A stretch of DNA of 64,000 bases from Eledone cirrhosa (lineage: Eukaryota), in the NCBI GenBank assembly GCA_964016885.1, contig OZ024753.1, positions 14,322,001 through 14,386,000 on the forward strand, read 5' to 3'. Below, one piece after another: positions 1-13,109 of this stretch. Positions within the stretch are counted from its first letter, which is position 1. Each line of letters opens with the position of its first letter. Below the pieces are notes generated by a model that saw nothing but the letters and a program-made list of their open reading frames with translations, had not been told where the DNA came from and did not search any database. A program made the position numbers and the translations under genes.

Positions 1-490
1 ACCAGGCAGTTCTTCAACAGCTGTCCACCGGAAGTGGCATCCAGGGACTCCAGGCACCTCATTGTCAAGCTTGACATGAGGAATGCTTTTAACTGCATAC
101 GCTGGGACCATCTGCTCGATGCCTGCCTCAGCCGAGCCCCTCTGCCTACCTGTCGTATGGATCCCCGAGCATGCTCCTTGCTGCTGATACGGTCATACCT
201 TCGGCCACTGGGTGACCCTTTGGGCCCCCTCCTGTTTGCCCTTGGTATAGACCACATTGCCAGAAGTATCACGGCCCCTCTCAACGTTTGGTATCTGGAT
301 GATGCTACGATGGGCGGGCCCGTAGAGACTGTCTGCCATGACCTACAGTTGGTGGTTCCTGCCCTAGCGGGAATCAGCCTCCAGGTCAACTCGTGCAACT
401 CGGAGATGGTGAATGTCAGCCACGATGCTGAGAGCTTTTCAACCTCCGTCTCGGGCGTGCGGTCCATTCTCCACCAGGTACAGGTGGCAG
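1..490 (+). mobile_element. Reverse transcriptase fragment of a non-LTR retrotransposon, CRE-like (internally deleted, truncated)
   Basis: Frame 1 is open from base 1 and reads KLDMRNAFN...GDPLGPLLFALGI...WYLDD (RT motifs). GC-rich versus the flanks. Similarity ends near 490. Clade assignment is from motif memory. Confidence 0.75.
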
Positions 491-996
491 TGTGCAAGGG
501 TTACATGAAATCCCTAAACCGGTGTCACAATTTTACACTATTATTCTCAAAACAATGTCAGATATAATTATTTATCTTCTATCGCTGCACATTCCATATT
601 TATAATTAAATAAATAGATTAAGGTTTTAATACTTTCAATATATAGGATCTCCTACGGGCAGTTAAACATCGCCTGTCTCTCTTACTCCAGATAATGGAA
701 CAGGGGACTTTGTTAAAGGCTGTCTCTGGAATAAATCTGCTGTATACTTCTTTCTGTGTGTTAGCAGCCAACACACTCAAGTGTAAAAGAAAAAAACTTT
801 ATTTCATGTTGTTCCAGTACCCTCAGTAGTTAGGGAGTAAATCCTGTGATAACAACAAGGAAACCCAATGATAAACTTAGAACAAACTTTATATATATAT
901 ACTAATTTTTCAATTTACAGAAACATGTATATTAACTTACATATTAATTGTTGGGCATATATCTACTAAATACTAGTAGTTTTTAAATTAATTTAT

Positions 997-1069
997 ATAT
1001 AGAAACGGAATGAGAGTAAGGTAACACACGGAATATATTTTGAGGCGTGTTATCTAGCTTTCTTTCCGT
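997..1069 (+). repeat. Imperfect ~70-bp palindrome, copy 1 of 3
   Basis: ATAGAAACGGAATGAGAG...AACAC..GAATATATTT..GTGTTATCT..TTCCGT; homologous to 4298-4370 and, inverted, to 10047-10127. Confidence 0.7.
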
Positions 1070-1439
1070 GTTATTTTGTTTCTTGTAAATAATGTTTTCA
1101 AAATATCAATTCAAAACTTTTGTGAATAGGCATCATATCTTGTCATTTAGCTATGGTTTAATTTTGATATAAATAGTGGGTTCAACCCATTATACAACTA
1201 GATATATTAAAATTATATTTATTTATATATATTATAGTTATATACCTGTTATATACATTATATTTATTTAATTAATAAATATGTATGTATATAAAATGTA
1301 TATATATTTAATAAAATATATGTGTATAAACACATATTTTAAAAATACATAGTATATATGTATGTATTAATATATATAGTAATTATTTATTATTAATATA
1401 AATATAAATATATATAAAATGGGAAGTATACAATCTAAA

Positions 1440-1690
1440 AAGAATCGAACTCACGATCGTGAAGTCGCAATGGCTTTACATACTTTGCGCACTGATATCT
1501 ACTTTTTTGCGCATGTGCAATTTGCAAAAACAAAATGGCCGCTAGAGCAATTTCTTTTTTTTCTAACCCGAATGAAAAACGTTAAAAACTTGGATTTTAC
1601 TATTTATAAGGAGGTAAAGTAAAGTTTTATTTTATGTTGAACAGTTTTATGTTTATTTCCTTCCATAAACGTCAGCAATAATTATTGAAA
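1440..1690 (-). repeat. Diverged inverted copy of the dispersed module at 8553, 12286 and 14435
   Basis: Reverse complement matches AATAATTATTGCTGAC...AAAACTTTACTTTACCTCC...GCGCAAAGT...CGTGAGTTCGATT in 14600-14850. Confidence 0.7.
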
Positions 1691-1949
1691 CGATAGTTTT
1701 GTTCTACTACTACAACATCTCCACGTAGTGTTGTATTTCAACGGTGCTCATTGTTACATGGTAGATTGATCATGCTACATTATCTTATGCCAGAAGGTTA
1801 CGTTTCCAAAGCAATCCAGGTTAAAGACAGGGGAACAGACAGATATGATGTTGTCATTGCTTATGTCTGTTCCACTTTACATGTGTGTGCAGTTGAATGT
1901 CAATCTGCCACTCCTAGTAAGCAGTTAGAACCATACCTACATGGCACAC

Positions 1950-3300
1950 CAAAACCACCCTCCTCCATAGTTGGTCAATTACAGTTGAGAGGGTGATTGA
2001 AGCAGTTTAAGGACTATACTTCTCGTGGGAACCTCTCCGGCCAGCTACTTCTCGTAGGATCCTCTTGGTCAAGGCCAGGTTAGATAGGGACATGAGCACT
2101 TTACAGGCGTAAACATCTCGTACGATCAGCTAAACCATAATCAGTGCTACTTAGAGGGCGTAAACTTCTCGTAGGATCCTCTACAGCCATCTAAACCCTG
2201 GTCACTAAAACCACCCTCCTCCACAGTTGGTGAAATCCAGGTGAGAGGGCGATTGAAGCACTTTAAGGGCGTAAACATCTTGTACGATCCTTTACGGCCA
2301 GCTAAACCTTGCTCAATGCCAGGTTAGATGGTGAAATAAGCAGTTTAAGGCCGTATATCCTCTACGTGAGAGGGCAATTGAAGCACTTTTTAAATAATTA
2401 TTTAAACGTTTCTGAAGAGAGAAACTAAGAATGTATATCAAGTCTCTAAAGAATGATGAAGTGTCTTAAGACAACGCTGTCAAGTGCATTTCTAAACTTT
2501 GCAGTTTTGACACATCTATACGTTTCGGCACTTGTATCCCTAATACTCCTTTTTCATACGCTCTTTTGTCTATTATCCTTCTCTGACCATCTGGTCACTT
2601 CCTGTATTAGTCCGTCTCTACTTCAACCCCCTCTGCTACAGAACAGTAATTTATTTTATCAACCCAGCCATAACAGGAGGGTTTCGACTCAGAAAGTCGC
2701 AACTAAATATTGTAAAACAACCTGTCCGACATTCTAGCGATACTGAGTGTTGTAACATAAAAATTGCTCAAGAAAAACCGTATGTCAATACGGCGCCCTT
2801 ATCATGAGTTACAGGACAATACGATACCATACCATATATGCTGTACTTAGGCCCGGGCTCCGCTAGGCTTTAAGAATTGCTCAAGAAACAGCGTATGTCA
2901 ATACGGCGCTAGTAACAGGAGTATTTTAACTTTGAAGATTGTAGAAAGTCGCATCTAGATATCGTAAAACATTCTAGCGATACTGAGTGTTGTAAGGTAA
3001 AATCAGAAGTCTCTGCGAGTTGTGATTATAAATTATACAAGTTGAGAAACACACCTGGCAGAAATCTGCTTTACCCAGACCTGGCACAAGTTGAAAAACG
3101 TAAATCTGCTGTTCTCAAACTTTAAAAAATACCAAAGAAACACCGTATGTCAATACGGCATTCATATCAGGAGTTACAGGATGTCAATACAGCGCCCTTA
3201 ATAGGAGTTACAGGACAATACCATACCATATATATAAATTCTGTACTTAGACACGGGAAGGGACGAGCTCTGCCAGGCTTTAAAAATACCGTTGCCGCCG
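1950..3300. repeat. Degenerate local repeats (GAGAGGGYGATTGAAGCAY units; CCGTATGTCAATACGG units)
   Basis: Several partial copies in 1950-2390; palindromic motif at 2778, 2892, 3143 and 3181; 2390-2540 is duplicated at 3927-4050. Confidence 0.55.
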
Positions 3301-4175
3301 TGGCCACTGTCAAAAACGACTTTTACAGGTCTTGGGTCAATGCTCACCCCATGACATCAAGATCATCCTGACGGACCCAAACGCTCACATCATCATCATC
3401 TGCCGGGTCCACAGAAGAGCTCAACTCGACAATACTGATCATCGGTTGCGAACGGACCCTAACACCAAGTCTGGGTGTGACGTCCTAGTAAACTCAAGAC
3501 CCCTTCCCAAACGGCCCTTTTTAAATTGTCGCCAGCGCTGCTCAACAGGATACACATGAAAGTAATTCGTTCGGAATACATATTTTTTCATTGAAAAAAT
3601 TGTTAATGCGTTGTATATATTTATATGTATATATATATCTTCCTAATAAATGTAGCGGTCCTGGCGTCAGTACAGAGTTAAGTAATCTATATTTTTAATT
3701 GAAGAAAAAGATATAAACGGTATTTATTGAAGAAAAAGATATAAACGAAATGAATGGAGGTAATTCGTTCGGAATTGAAATTTTCATGAGAAAATTGTTA
3801 GTGCGTTGGTCTGAAGACGATACTTTTAATGAATATAATTTCATAATTTATAGAGAAAAAAAGGTTCAGAGGTCGAATCCCTCATCGTCTTCTTTTTTTG
3901 TATATGCATACTTCGGGTAACTCTGTTTAAATAATTATTTAAACGTTTCTGAAGAGAGAAACTAAAAATGTATATCAAGTCTCTAAAGACGACGCTGTCA
4001 AGTGCATTTCTAAACTTTGCAGTTTTGACACATCCATACGTTTCGGCACTTAATATATACGTGCATAAGTATATATACATACAGCATGTGTACGCTGGGA
4101 GATTCAGCATATACACACATTCGTAATAAAATACTAATTACCAAAATAGGTATATGAAATTCTAATTACTAAAAT

Positions 4176-4679
4176 CTAAGGTTTGCATCTTATTTACAGA
4201 AACAGCTCTACCTGTAATATATATGTTACCAGCTTGACATAAATATATTTATTTCCATAAAAATTGTTCCGTATATACGTTCAAAATTACTTTATATATA
4301 TAGAAACGGAATGAGAGATAACACACGAAATATATTTTGCGACGTGTTATCTCCCTTTCCGTTTCTATATTTTTTTTTAAAAAGATAAATAAAATTTTAC
4401 CTATAAGTATGACTATTTCACTTAGTAGAATTGCGGCTTGTGCGTGGCGATGCGCGCAACGGCTCGGGCTTCGTCGGCTACGTATGTATGTGTCGTTTCC
4501 ATACTATGTATCCCAAGTTCGAATCGTTGTGGTGTGCACGTGGCTACGGCGGCTGGGATGTTTGCAGGCTGGCTATATGCTGGCCTGCGTCCTAGACCAC
4601 GATGAGAATCCGCTTTACCCCCTTTTGCTAAAAAATGTTAGAATTATCTCCCTTTATTTAACTCTTCTCTTTTTTTCAA
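4176..4679 (+). repeat. Left arm of a ~500-bp inverted repeat
   Basis: Co-linear reverse complement of 9761-10247, e.g. CTAAGGTTTGCATCTTATTT versus AAATAAGATGCAAACCTTAG. Contains the hairpin at 4298-4370. Confidence 0.9.
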
Positions 4680-4749
4680 TTGACTTCCGGTTGTTTGAAA
4701 GATAGCGAATTTCAATATCTTTCTCAAGGATTAATATAAGAGACTAATC

Positions 4750-6617
4750 TTTCAAAAACACACATTTCATATAGAAATTTTTTTCGACTTTTCAAAAACA
4801 CACATTTCATATAGAAATTTTTTTCGACTTTTCAAAAACACTCATTTCATATAGAAATTTTTTTCGACTTTTCAAAAACACACATTTCATATAGAAATTT
4901 TTTTCGACTTTTCAAAAACACTCATTTCATATAGATTTTTTTTTCGACTTTTCAAAAACACACATTTCATATAGATTTTTTTTTCGACTTTTCAAAAACA
5001 CACATTTTATATAGAAATTTTTTTCGACTTTTCAAAAACACTCATTTCATATAGATTTTTTTTTTGACTTTTCAAAAACACACATTTCATATAGACATTT
5101 TTTTCGACTTTTCAAAAACACTCATTTCATATAGATTTTTTTTTCGACTTTTCAAAAACACACATTTCATATAGAAATTTTTTTCGACTTTTCAAAAACA
5201 CACATTTCATATAGATTTTTTTTTCGACTTTTCACAAACACACATTTCATATAGATTTTTTTTTCGACTTTTCAAAAACACACATTTCATATAGAAATTT
5301 TTTTCGACTTTTCAAAAACACTCATTTCATATAGATTTTTTTTTCGACTTTTCAAAAACACACATTTCATATAGATTTTTTTTTCGACTTTTCAAAAACA
5401 CACATTTTATATAGAAATTTTTTTCGACTTTTCAAAAACACACATTTCATATAGAAATTTTTTTCGACTTTTCAAAAACACTCATTTCATATAGAAATTT
5501 TTTTCGACTTTTCAAAAACACACATTTCATATAGAAATTTTTTTCGACTTTTCAAAAACACACATTTCATATAGAAATTTTTTTCGACTTTTCAAAAACA
5601 CTCATTTCATATAGATTTTTTTTTCGACTTTTCAAAAACACACATTTCATATAGATTTTTTTTTCGACTTTTCAAAAACACACATTTTATATAGAAATTT
5701 TTTTCGACTTTTCAAAAACACACATTTCATATAGAAATTTTTTTCGACTTTTCAAAAACACTCATTTCATATAGAAATTTTTTTCGACTTTTCAAAAACA
5801 CACATTTCATATAGAAATTTTTTTCGACTTTTCAAAAACACTCATTTCATATAGATTTTTTTTTCGACTTTTCAAAAACACACATTTCATATAGATTTTT
5901 TTTTCGACTTTTCAAAAACACTCATTTCATATAGATTTTTTTTTCGACTTTTCAAAAACACACATTTCATATAGAAATGTTTTTCGACTTTTCAAAAACA
6001 CTCATTTCATATAGATTTTTTTTTCGACTTTTCAAAAACACACATTTCATATAGATTTTTTTTTCGACTTTTCAAAAACACTCATTTCATATAGATTTTT
6101 TTTTCGACTTTTCAAAAACACACATTTCATACAGAAATTTTTTTCGACTTTTCAAAAACACTCATTTCATATAGATTTTTTTTTCGACTTTTCAAAAACA
6201 CACATTTCATATAGAAATTTTTTTCGACTTTTCAAAAACACTTATTTCATATAGATTTTTTTTTCGTCTTTTCAAAAACACACATTTCATATAGAAATTT
6301 TTTTCGACTTTTCAAAAACACTCATTTCATATAGATTTTTTTTTCGACTTTTCAAAAATACACATTTCATACACAAATTTTTTTCGACTTTTCAAAAACA
6401 CACATTTCATATAGAAATTTTTTTCGACTTTTCAAAAACACTCATTTCATATAGATTTTTTTTTCGACTTTTCAAAAACACACATTTCATATAGAAATTT
6501 TTTTCGACTTTTCAAAAACACTCATTTCATATAGATATTTTTTTCGACTTTTCAAAAACACACATTTCATATAGAAATTTTTTTCGACTATTCAAAAACA
6601 CACATTTCATATAGATT
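4750..6617 (+). repeat. 40-bp tandem satellite, ~46 copies
   Basis: Unit TTCAAAAACAC(A/T)CATTTCATATAGA(AA/TT)TTTTTTTCGACTT with exact 40-bp period, no spacers and high homogeneity. Confidence 0.98.
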
Positions 6618-6979
6618 CTTAGTTTCTCTTTAGACAATTCATCTATAATCTTACTTAAGAAACTTCATTTAGAATATTAGTTTCTTTTTTTAGACACTTC
6701 ATCTACATTCTTTCTTAAGAAACTTCATTTACATTCTTAGTTTCTTTTTTTTAAGACACTTCATTTAGATTCTTACTTCCTTTCTTAAGAAACTCAATTC
6801 AGATTATTTAGACACTATTTAAGGGAGACAACTCTTACTTTGAAAGAGTTACTTCCCTTGTTTACACTTTGTAAGAGTTACCTCCCTTGAAATTTTTAAC
6901 TTCTCAATCTTAGCTTCTTTATTTAGAAACTTTATATACACTTACGTTCTTTATACTCAGCTTCTTGTAGACTCTTGAT

Positions 6980-7410
6980 TTCTTTATTCACTTTTGTCAA
7001 AATAAACTGAACACAATTCGTATATACGATGTAAACTTTCTTTATTCATGTTTGTCAAAATAAACTGATCATTCGTATATATAATGTAAACTTTCTTTAT
7101 TCATGTTTGTCAAAATAAACTGATCATTCGTATATATAATGTAAACTTTCTTTATTCATTTTTGTCAAAATAAACTGATTACAATTCGTAAACTTTATTA
7201 ACAGAAACTTCGTCATTCGCACAAACAACACAGCAGAAGGCTGGACATCTGTAAACTTTCTTTATTAACAGAGACTTCGGCATTCCCACCTGTTACGGCA
7301 AACAACACAGCATATGACCCAGAAGGCTGGACATCTGTAAACTTTATTAACAGAGGCTGCGTCATTCCCACTTGTTACGGCAAACATGACCTAGGAGGAT
7401 GGACATCTGT
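6980..7410. repeat. Two short tandem arrays (~55 bp x4; ~70-85 bp x3)
   Basis: CTTTATTCA..TTTGTCAAAATAAACTGA recurs every ~55 bp; GGMTGGACATCTGTAAA recurs three times. Confidence 0.8.
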
Positions 7411-7534
7411 AAAAAGAAATGAAATAAGAAAATCTATTGAAGCCATTTACGTACGTTGTCAATAAAAAGAATGTTTACAAAATTCTTTCAACTTTGTTTT
7501 TTATTATATAGACATTGATGTGCCTGAAGAGAGA

Positions 7535-8550
7535 AAGTTTCTTAAGAAAGACGACAGATCTCAAACGATTCTGGTTAATATTAGAATCTAGATATAAAGT
7601 GTCTAATGAAAGAAACTAAAATTATAAATGAAGTGTCTAAAACTAAGAATGTAAGCGAAAAAAGAAACTAACAATATAAATGAAGTGTCTAATGAAAGAA
7701 ACTAAGAAGGTCAATAAAGAAACTAGAAATATGTGTCATAAAAAAAATCTAGAAACTAAATAAAGTGTCTCAAAAAAGAAACTAGGAAGAATGTAAATAA
7801 AAAGAAACTAAGAATCAAAATGAATTTTCGTAGGAATGTAGATGATGTGAAGAATATGGATGAAGTGTCTAAAGAAAGAAAAATCTAATGATGTTTCTTA
7901 AGAAAGAACTAGAAATATAAATGAAGTGTCTAAAAGTAAGAATGTAAGCTAAAAGAGAAACTAAGAATGTAGAGGAAGTTTCTTAAGAAAGACGACAGAT
8001 CTCAAACGATTCTGGTTAATATTAGAATCTAGATATAAAGTGTCTAATGAAAGAAACTAAAATTATAAATGAAGTGTCTAAAACTAAGAATGTAAGCGAA
8101 AAAAGAAACTAACAATATAAATGAAGTGTCTAATGAAAGAAACTAAGAAGGTCAATAAAGAAACTAGAAATATGTGTCATAAAAAAATCTAGAAACTAAA
8201 TAAAGTGTCTCAAAAAAGAAACTAGGAAGTTTCTTTAGTAAGAATGTAAATGAAGTGTCTAAATAAAAAGAAACTAAGAATCAAAATGAATTTTCGTAGG
8301 AATGTAGATGATGTGAAGAAGTGTCTAAAGAAAGAAAAATCTAATGATGTAGATGAGGTTTCTTAAGAAAGAACTAGAAATATAAATGAAGTGTCTAAAA
8401 CTAAGAATGTAAGCTAAAAAAGAAACTAAGAATGTAGAGGAAGTTTGTTAAGAAAGAAACTAACAATATAAATGAAGTGTCTAATGAAAGAAACTAAGAA
8501 TGTAAATAAAGTTTCAGAAAGAAACTAAAAATGTGGATGAAGTTTCTAAA
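7535..8550. repeat. Degenerate ~30-33-bp purine-rich repeat with a ~440-bp internal duplication
   Basis: GAAAGAAACTAAGAATGTA..TGAAGTGTCTAA units; the sequence at 7538 recurs at 7978. Same repeat at 11862-12160 and inverted at 6618-6812. Confidence 0.85.
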
Positions 8551-8552
8551 AT

Positions 8553-9400
8553 AAAAATCGTTCAAAAATTAAGTTTCGATACGGGTGTAATATTCAACCA
8601 ACATCATGTGGAAGACTTGAAAAGAAGTGGACACCTTAAAGTAGCTAGGAGATTCTGCCAGAACGAAGAATAAATAAACTAGCAGATTCACGGTGACAGG
8701 AACATGACGAATTTACAACAAAGCTCGGGGATATCTTGAAGGTAACTAGAAATATATTATTTACGAACTTAAATAATAATACGCTATTTAATATGGCCGA
8801 GAAATATGTGGTTTTGTACTACATTAGAATGAAATGTGTGGCAAAAACTAACATTTAAATAATTATTGCATTCTGGAAGGAAATATACGGAAAATGTTTC
8901 AATAAAATCCAATTTTTTTTTCCACGTTGGAAAACAAAGTTCTTCAAGCACCATCTTATTTTTTCTAAGAGTTACCTAAGTACGCATGTGCTGAAAAGGT
9001 AGACAGCAATGCGCAAAGTGTTTATGTGAAGTTTTCGGCTTTAGAATCGTGAGTTCGATTTTCAGACCGGTCTTGAGCAAGACACTTTAAAAGCATAAAT
9101 TTCATATAGATTTTTTTTTTTGACACTTTCAAAAATACACTTGAAGTTTTCAGCTTTACAATCGTGAGTTCGATTTTCTTGAGCAAAACACTTTATTTCA
9201 CGTTGCTACAAATCACTCAGCAGTAGAAATTAATTAGACATCAGTGGAGCTACACCAACTGTTGACAACAAAATGTTTCTCTCTACGTAGAAGAGGACAC
9301 GTGTGTAAGAAAAATGTAGATTTCGTTTTGTTTCTTGGAAGAAAAAGATATATATGTATAGAGAAGAGAGGTTTTGTGTCTCAAGACTATCTGCGAATTT
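8553..9400 (+). repeat. Dispersed ~0.8-kb module containing a tRNA-type (CORE-like) SINE fragment; copy A
   Basis: Closely similar to 12286-13058 and partly to 14435-14995. Contains B-box-like GAGTTCGATT followed by CTTGAGCAAGACACTTTATTTCACG. Confidence 0.8.
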
Positions 9401-9760
9401 TGACAATAAAGAAAGATATGAGGTTTATACTTCTTAGAAAGTATGTCTATATTGTCCAGATGGCTTAGTTCCGTTTCTTAGAATGATCTTTAGAAGAGGT
9501 AACACCATTTGTATGTGTAGTTTTTAGTTTAAAAGAAAGCATGTGTCGATGTGCCAGGAAGCCACAGTAAATAAAACATAAAATACCTCTTCACATGAAC
9601 ACAATATCCCAAACGTGAGAGTTATTGACATAAAGTGTGTATCTAATAAAATGTATGTGTGTATAGAGAGAAGGTTTAGTTTCTTATATTAGTTCTAACG
9701 TACATCAAAGAAAACATTACATACCTCTTTACATGAGAATAATATCCAAACTGATTTTCT

Positions 9761-10320
9761 TTCAAACAAAGAGAAGAGTTACATAAAGGGAGATAACTCT
9801 AATAACATTTTTGAGCAAAAGGGGGTAAGACGGATTCTTCGCGTGCATATAGCCAGCCTGCAAATAGTCCCAGCCGCCGTAGCCACGTGCACACCACAAC
9901 AATTCGAACTTCCGACACATAGTATGGAAACGACACATACATATGTAGGCGACGAAGTCAGAGCCGCATCGCCACGCCAAATAGCAATTCTACTAAGTAA
10001 ATTAGTCATACTTATAGGTAAAATTTTGTTTATTTAAAAAAAAAATATATAGTAACGGAAAGAAAGGGAGGTATCACGTCTCAAAATATATTTCGTGTGT
10101 TATCTCACTCTCATTCCGTTTCTATATATAAAGTAATTTTGAACATATATACGGAACAATTTTTATGGAAATAAATATACTTATGTCAAGCTGGTAACAT
10201 ATATATTACAGGTAGATCTGTTTCTGGAAATAAGATGCAAACCTTAGGTATACAAGTGCCAAAACGTATAGATGTGTCAAAACTGCAAAGTTTAGAAATG
10301 CACTTGACAGCGTCGTCTTT
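9761..10320 (-). repeat. Right arm of the inverted repeat
   Basis: 9761-10247 is the reverse complement of 4176-4679; ~10245-10320 is the reverse complement of 2468-2543 and 3986-4050. Confidence 0.9.
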
Positions 10321-10754
10321 GGTGGAACTTGGGAAGAGTTTAAAACAGAAGTTTATAGTGTTGGGGCTGATGAACTTTATATTAAGAAGACTTTATACAC
10401 AAAGACTGGTTCGATGACAAGAATAAGTTTTATCAGAAGTACCTTGTTACAGAGGGTCCAGTGAAAACCACTTTTGAGAAAGCCTTCGAAGAAGCAAAAT
10501 AAAACACGAAAGGTATAGATGATATGATGGTCTGAAGTTTCAGCAAAGATGAACCTGGCTTATAACTGAAGAGATCTGAAGGTTGGATCATTCATCATCT
10601 CTGTTACAATCTCATTTTGCAGCAGTCCATTAATAATTTCCTCATCAACTACAGATGGGTTGTCAGAGATGGAGAGGCGTAAAACTGAAGAGACCTGAAG
10701 GCAGATTTTTGGTCCACAATTCTCAAAAATATATATGTATGTATAAACATTTAT

Positions 10755-11318
10755 TTAAGAAGGGAACCTCCGCATCAAAGATCCATTAGGTATCATGAGT
10801 CGGGAGATTGAACACTCTAAAGATCTGTTTGACAACCCGTCTGTAGTTGATGAGGAAATTATTAAGGGACTGCCACAAAGGGAGACTGTAACAGAGATGA
10901 TGGATGATCCAACCTTTGATGAGATAAGGTTTACTATCAAAGAGATAAACATAGGGATATCTCCAATTTGGGATAGCATACCTGTTGAGCTGATTCGCTT
11001 TAGAGGAAACAATGTTACTATGGCTATTCATGGGCTAGTCTTATCTGTATGGCATGGTGAGCCCCTCCCGCGAGACTGAGTAGATGCAATTTTGCTCTCG
11101 ATTTGCAAGGGCTCCAAGTCGGAATGTGGTGATTATCGTGGTATAAGTCTGCTCAACTCGGTAGGAAAATCTTATCCAAGGTTTTGCTGAATCGTCTAAT
11201 AAAATGGTTCTGCCCTGGTGCCCTCCCTGAGACCCAGTGTGGATTCAGATCTGGGTGGGGTACTATGGACATGATTTTCTCAGTCAGGCAGCTTATGGAG
11301 AAGTGTGCTGAGCAGCAG
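10755..11318 (+). mobile_element. RTE-clade LINE fragment (pre-RT linker and RT start), with stop and frameshift
   Basis: Translates to HSKDLFDNPS...PTFDEI...DSIPVEL...VW...LPRD*VDAI...CGDYRGISLL...LPETQCGFRSGWGTMDMIFSVRQLMEKC. Confidence 0.9.
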
Positions 11319-11556
11319 AGTTACCCGAAGTGCCAAAAAAGTAGACATCAATGCGCAAAGTATTTATGTGAAGACATCCTGAGTTCGATTCTCAGACCGG
11401 GCTTTGCGGTGTGTTCTTGAGCAAGACACTATATTTCACGAAGCTCCAAATCACTCAGCAAGATGCAGAGGGGCTATATTTGAAGAGACTTGAAGGAATT
11501 ATACAGCACAATAAGGCAGATATTGGGTCCGCAACCCTCAAAGAAATATATATTTA

Positions 11557-11860
11557 TTTAAGATGGGAACCTTCTCATCAAAAATTCATCAGGTATCATG
11601 AGTAGGTGGATTGAACACACTAAAGATCTGTTTGACAACTCATCTGTAGTTGATGAGGAAATTATTAATGGACTGCTGCCAAAGGAGACTGTAATAGAGA
11701 TGATGAATGATCCAACCGTTGATGAGATAAGGTTAACGATCCAAGAGATAAACATCGGGAAATCTCCAGTAATTGGTTCTATGTTACGTAGGTTAATAGT
11801 TAAAGCGAGATAAGGTCTACTATCAAAGAGATAAACATTGGGATATCTCCAATTTGGGAT
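11557..11860 (+). mobile_element. Duplicated RTE LINE fragment
   Basis: RWIEHTKDLFDNSSVVDEEII...; same segment as 10755-10980. An inverted piece lies at 10570-10670. Confidence 0.8.
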
Positions 11861-12285
11861 AGATGAAGTTTCTTAAGAAAGAAACTAGAAATATAAATGA
11901 AGTGTCTAATGAAAGAAACTAAAATTATAAATGAAGTGTCTAAAACTAAGAATGTAAGCGAAAAAAGAAACTAAGAATGTAGAGGAAGTTTCTTAAGAAA
12001 GAAACTAACAATATAATTGAAGTGTCTAATGAAAGAAACTAAGAATGTAAAAATGTAGACGAAGTTTCTTACGAAAGAAACTAGAAATACAAATGAAGTG
12101 TCTCATGAAAGAAACTAAGAATGTCAATAAAGTTTAAGAAAGAAACTAGAAATATAAGTGTAAAAAAAAAAAATTTATATGAAATGTGTGTTTTTGTAAG
12201 TGTAAAAAAAAAATCTATAAGAAATGTGTGTTTTTGAAAAGTCTAAAAAAAAAATCTATAAGAAATGTTTGTTTTTGAAAGTGTC

Positions 12286-13058
12286 AAAAATCGTTCAAAA
12301 CTTAAGTTTCGATACGGGTGTAAAATTCAACCAACATCATGTGGAAGACTTGAAAAGAAGTGGACACCTTAAAGTAGCTAGGAGATTCTGCCAGAACGAA
12401 GAATAAATAAACTAGCAGATTCAGAGTGACAGGAACACGACGAATTTACAACAAAGCACGAGGATATCATGAAGCGAACTAGAAATATATTATTTACAAA
12501 CTTAAATAATAATAAAAATAATACGCTATTTAGTATGGCCGAGAAATATGTGGTGTTATACTAGAATGTAATGTGTGGCAGAAACTAACATTTAAATAAT
12601 TATTGCATTATGGAAGGAAATAAACAAAATATATTTCAATAAAACTTTACTTTACCTCCGTAAAAATGGTAAAAATCCAATTTTTTTTTATCCACGTTGG
12701 AAAACATGAAGTTCTTCAAGCAACCATCTTATTTTTTCTAAGAATTACGCATGTGCTGAAAAGGTAGAAAGCAATGCGCATGCGCAAAGTGTTTAAGTGA
12801 AGTTTTCGGCTTTACAATCGTGAGTTCGATTTTCTTGAGCAAGACACTTTATTTCACGTTGCTACAAATCACTCAGCAGTAGAAATTAATTAAACATCAG
12901 TGGAGCTACACCAACTGTTGACAAAAAAAATGTTTCTCTCTACGTAGAAGAGGACACGTGTGTAAGAAAAATGTAGATTTCGTTTTGTTTCTTGGAAGGA
13001 AAAGATATATATGTATAGAAAAGAGGGTTTTTGTGTCTCAAGACTATCTGCGAAATTT
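12286..13058 (+). repeat. Dispersed ~0.8-kb module, copy B
   Basis: Matches 8553-9400; flanked by inverted monomers of the 40-bp satellite (12170-12285 and 13073-13110). Confidence 0.85.
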
Positions 13059-13109
13059 GTGTTTTTGAATAAAAAATCTATATGAAATGTGTGTTTTTGA
13101 AAAGTCGAA

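Noticed and set aside
3280-3560. GC-richer segment with short ORFs
   Set aside because: No recognisable motif in any frame.
4750-6617. CRISPR-like regular array
   Set aside because: Contiguous units with no unique spacers, no cas genes and a eukaryotic context.
4176-10320. Endogenous virus or Polinton terminal repeats
   Set aside because: No polymerase, integrase or capsid coding sequence is detectable in the window.
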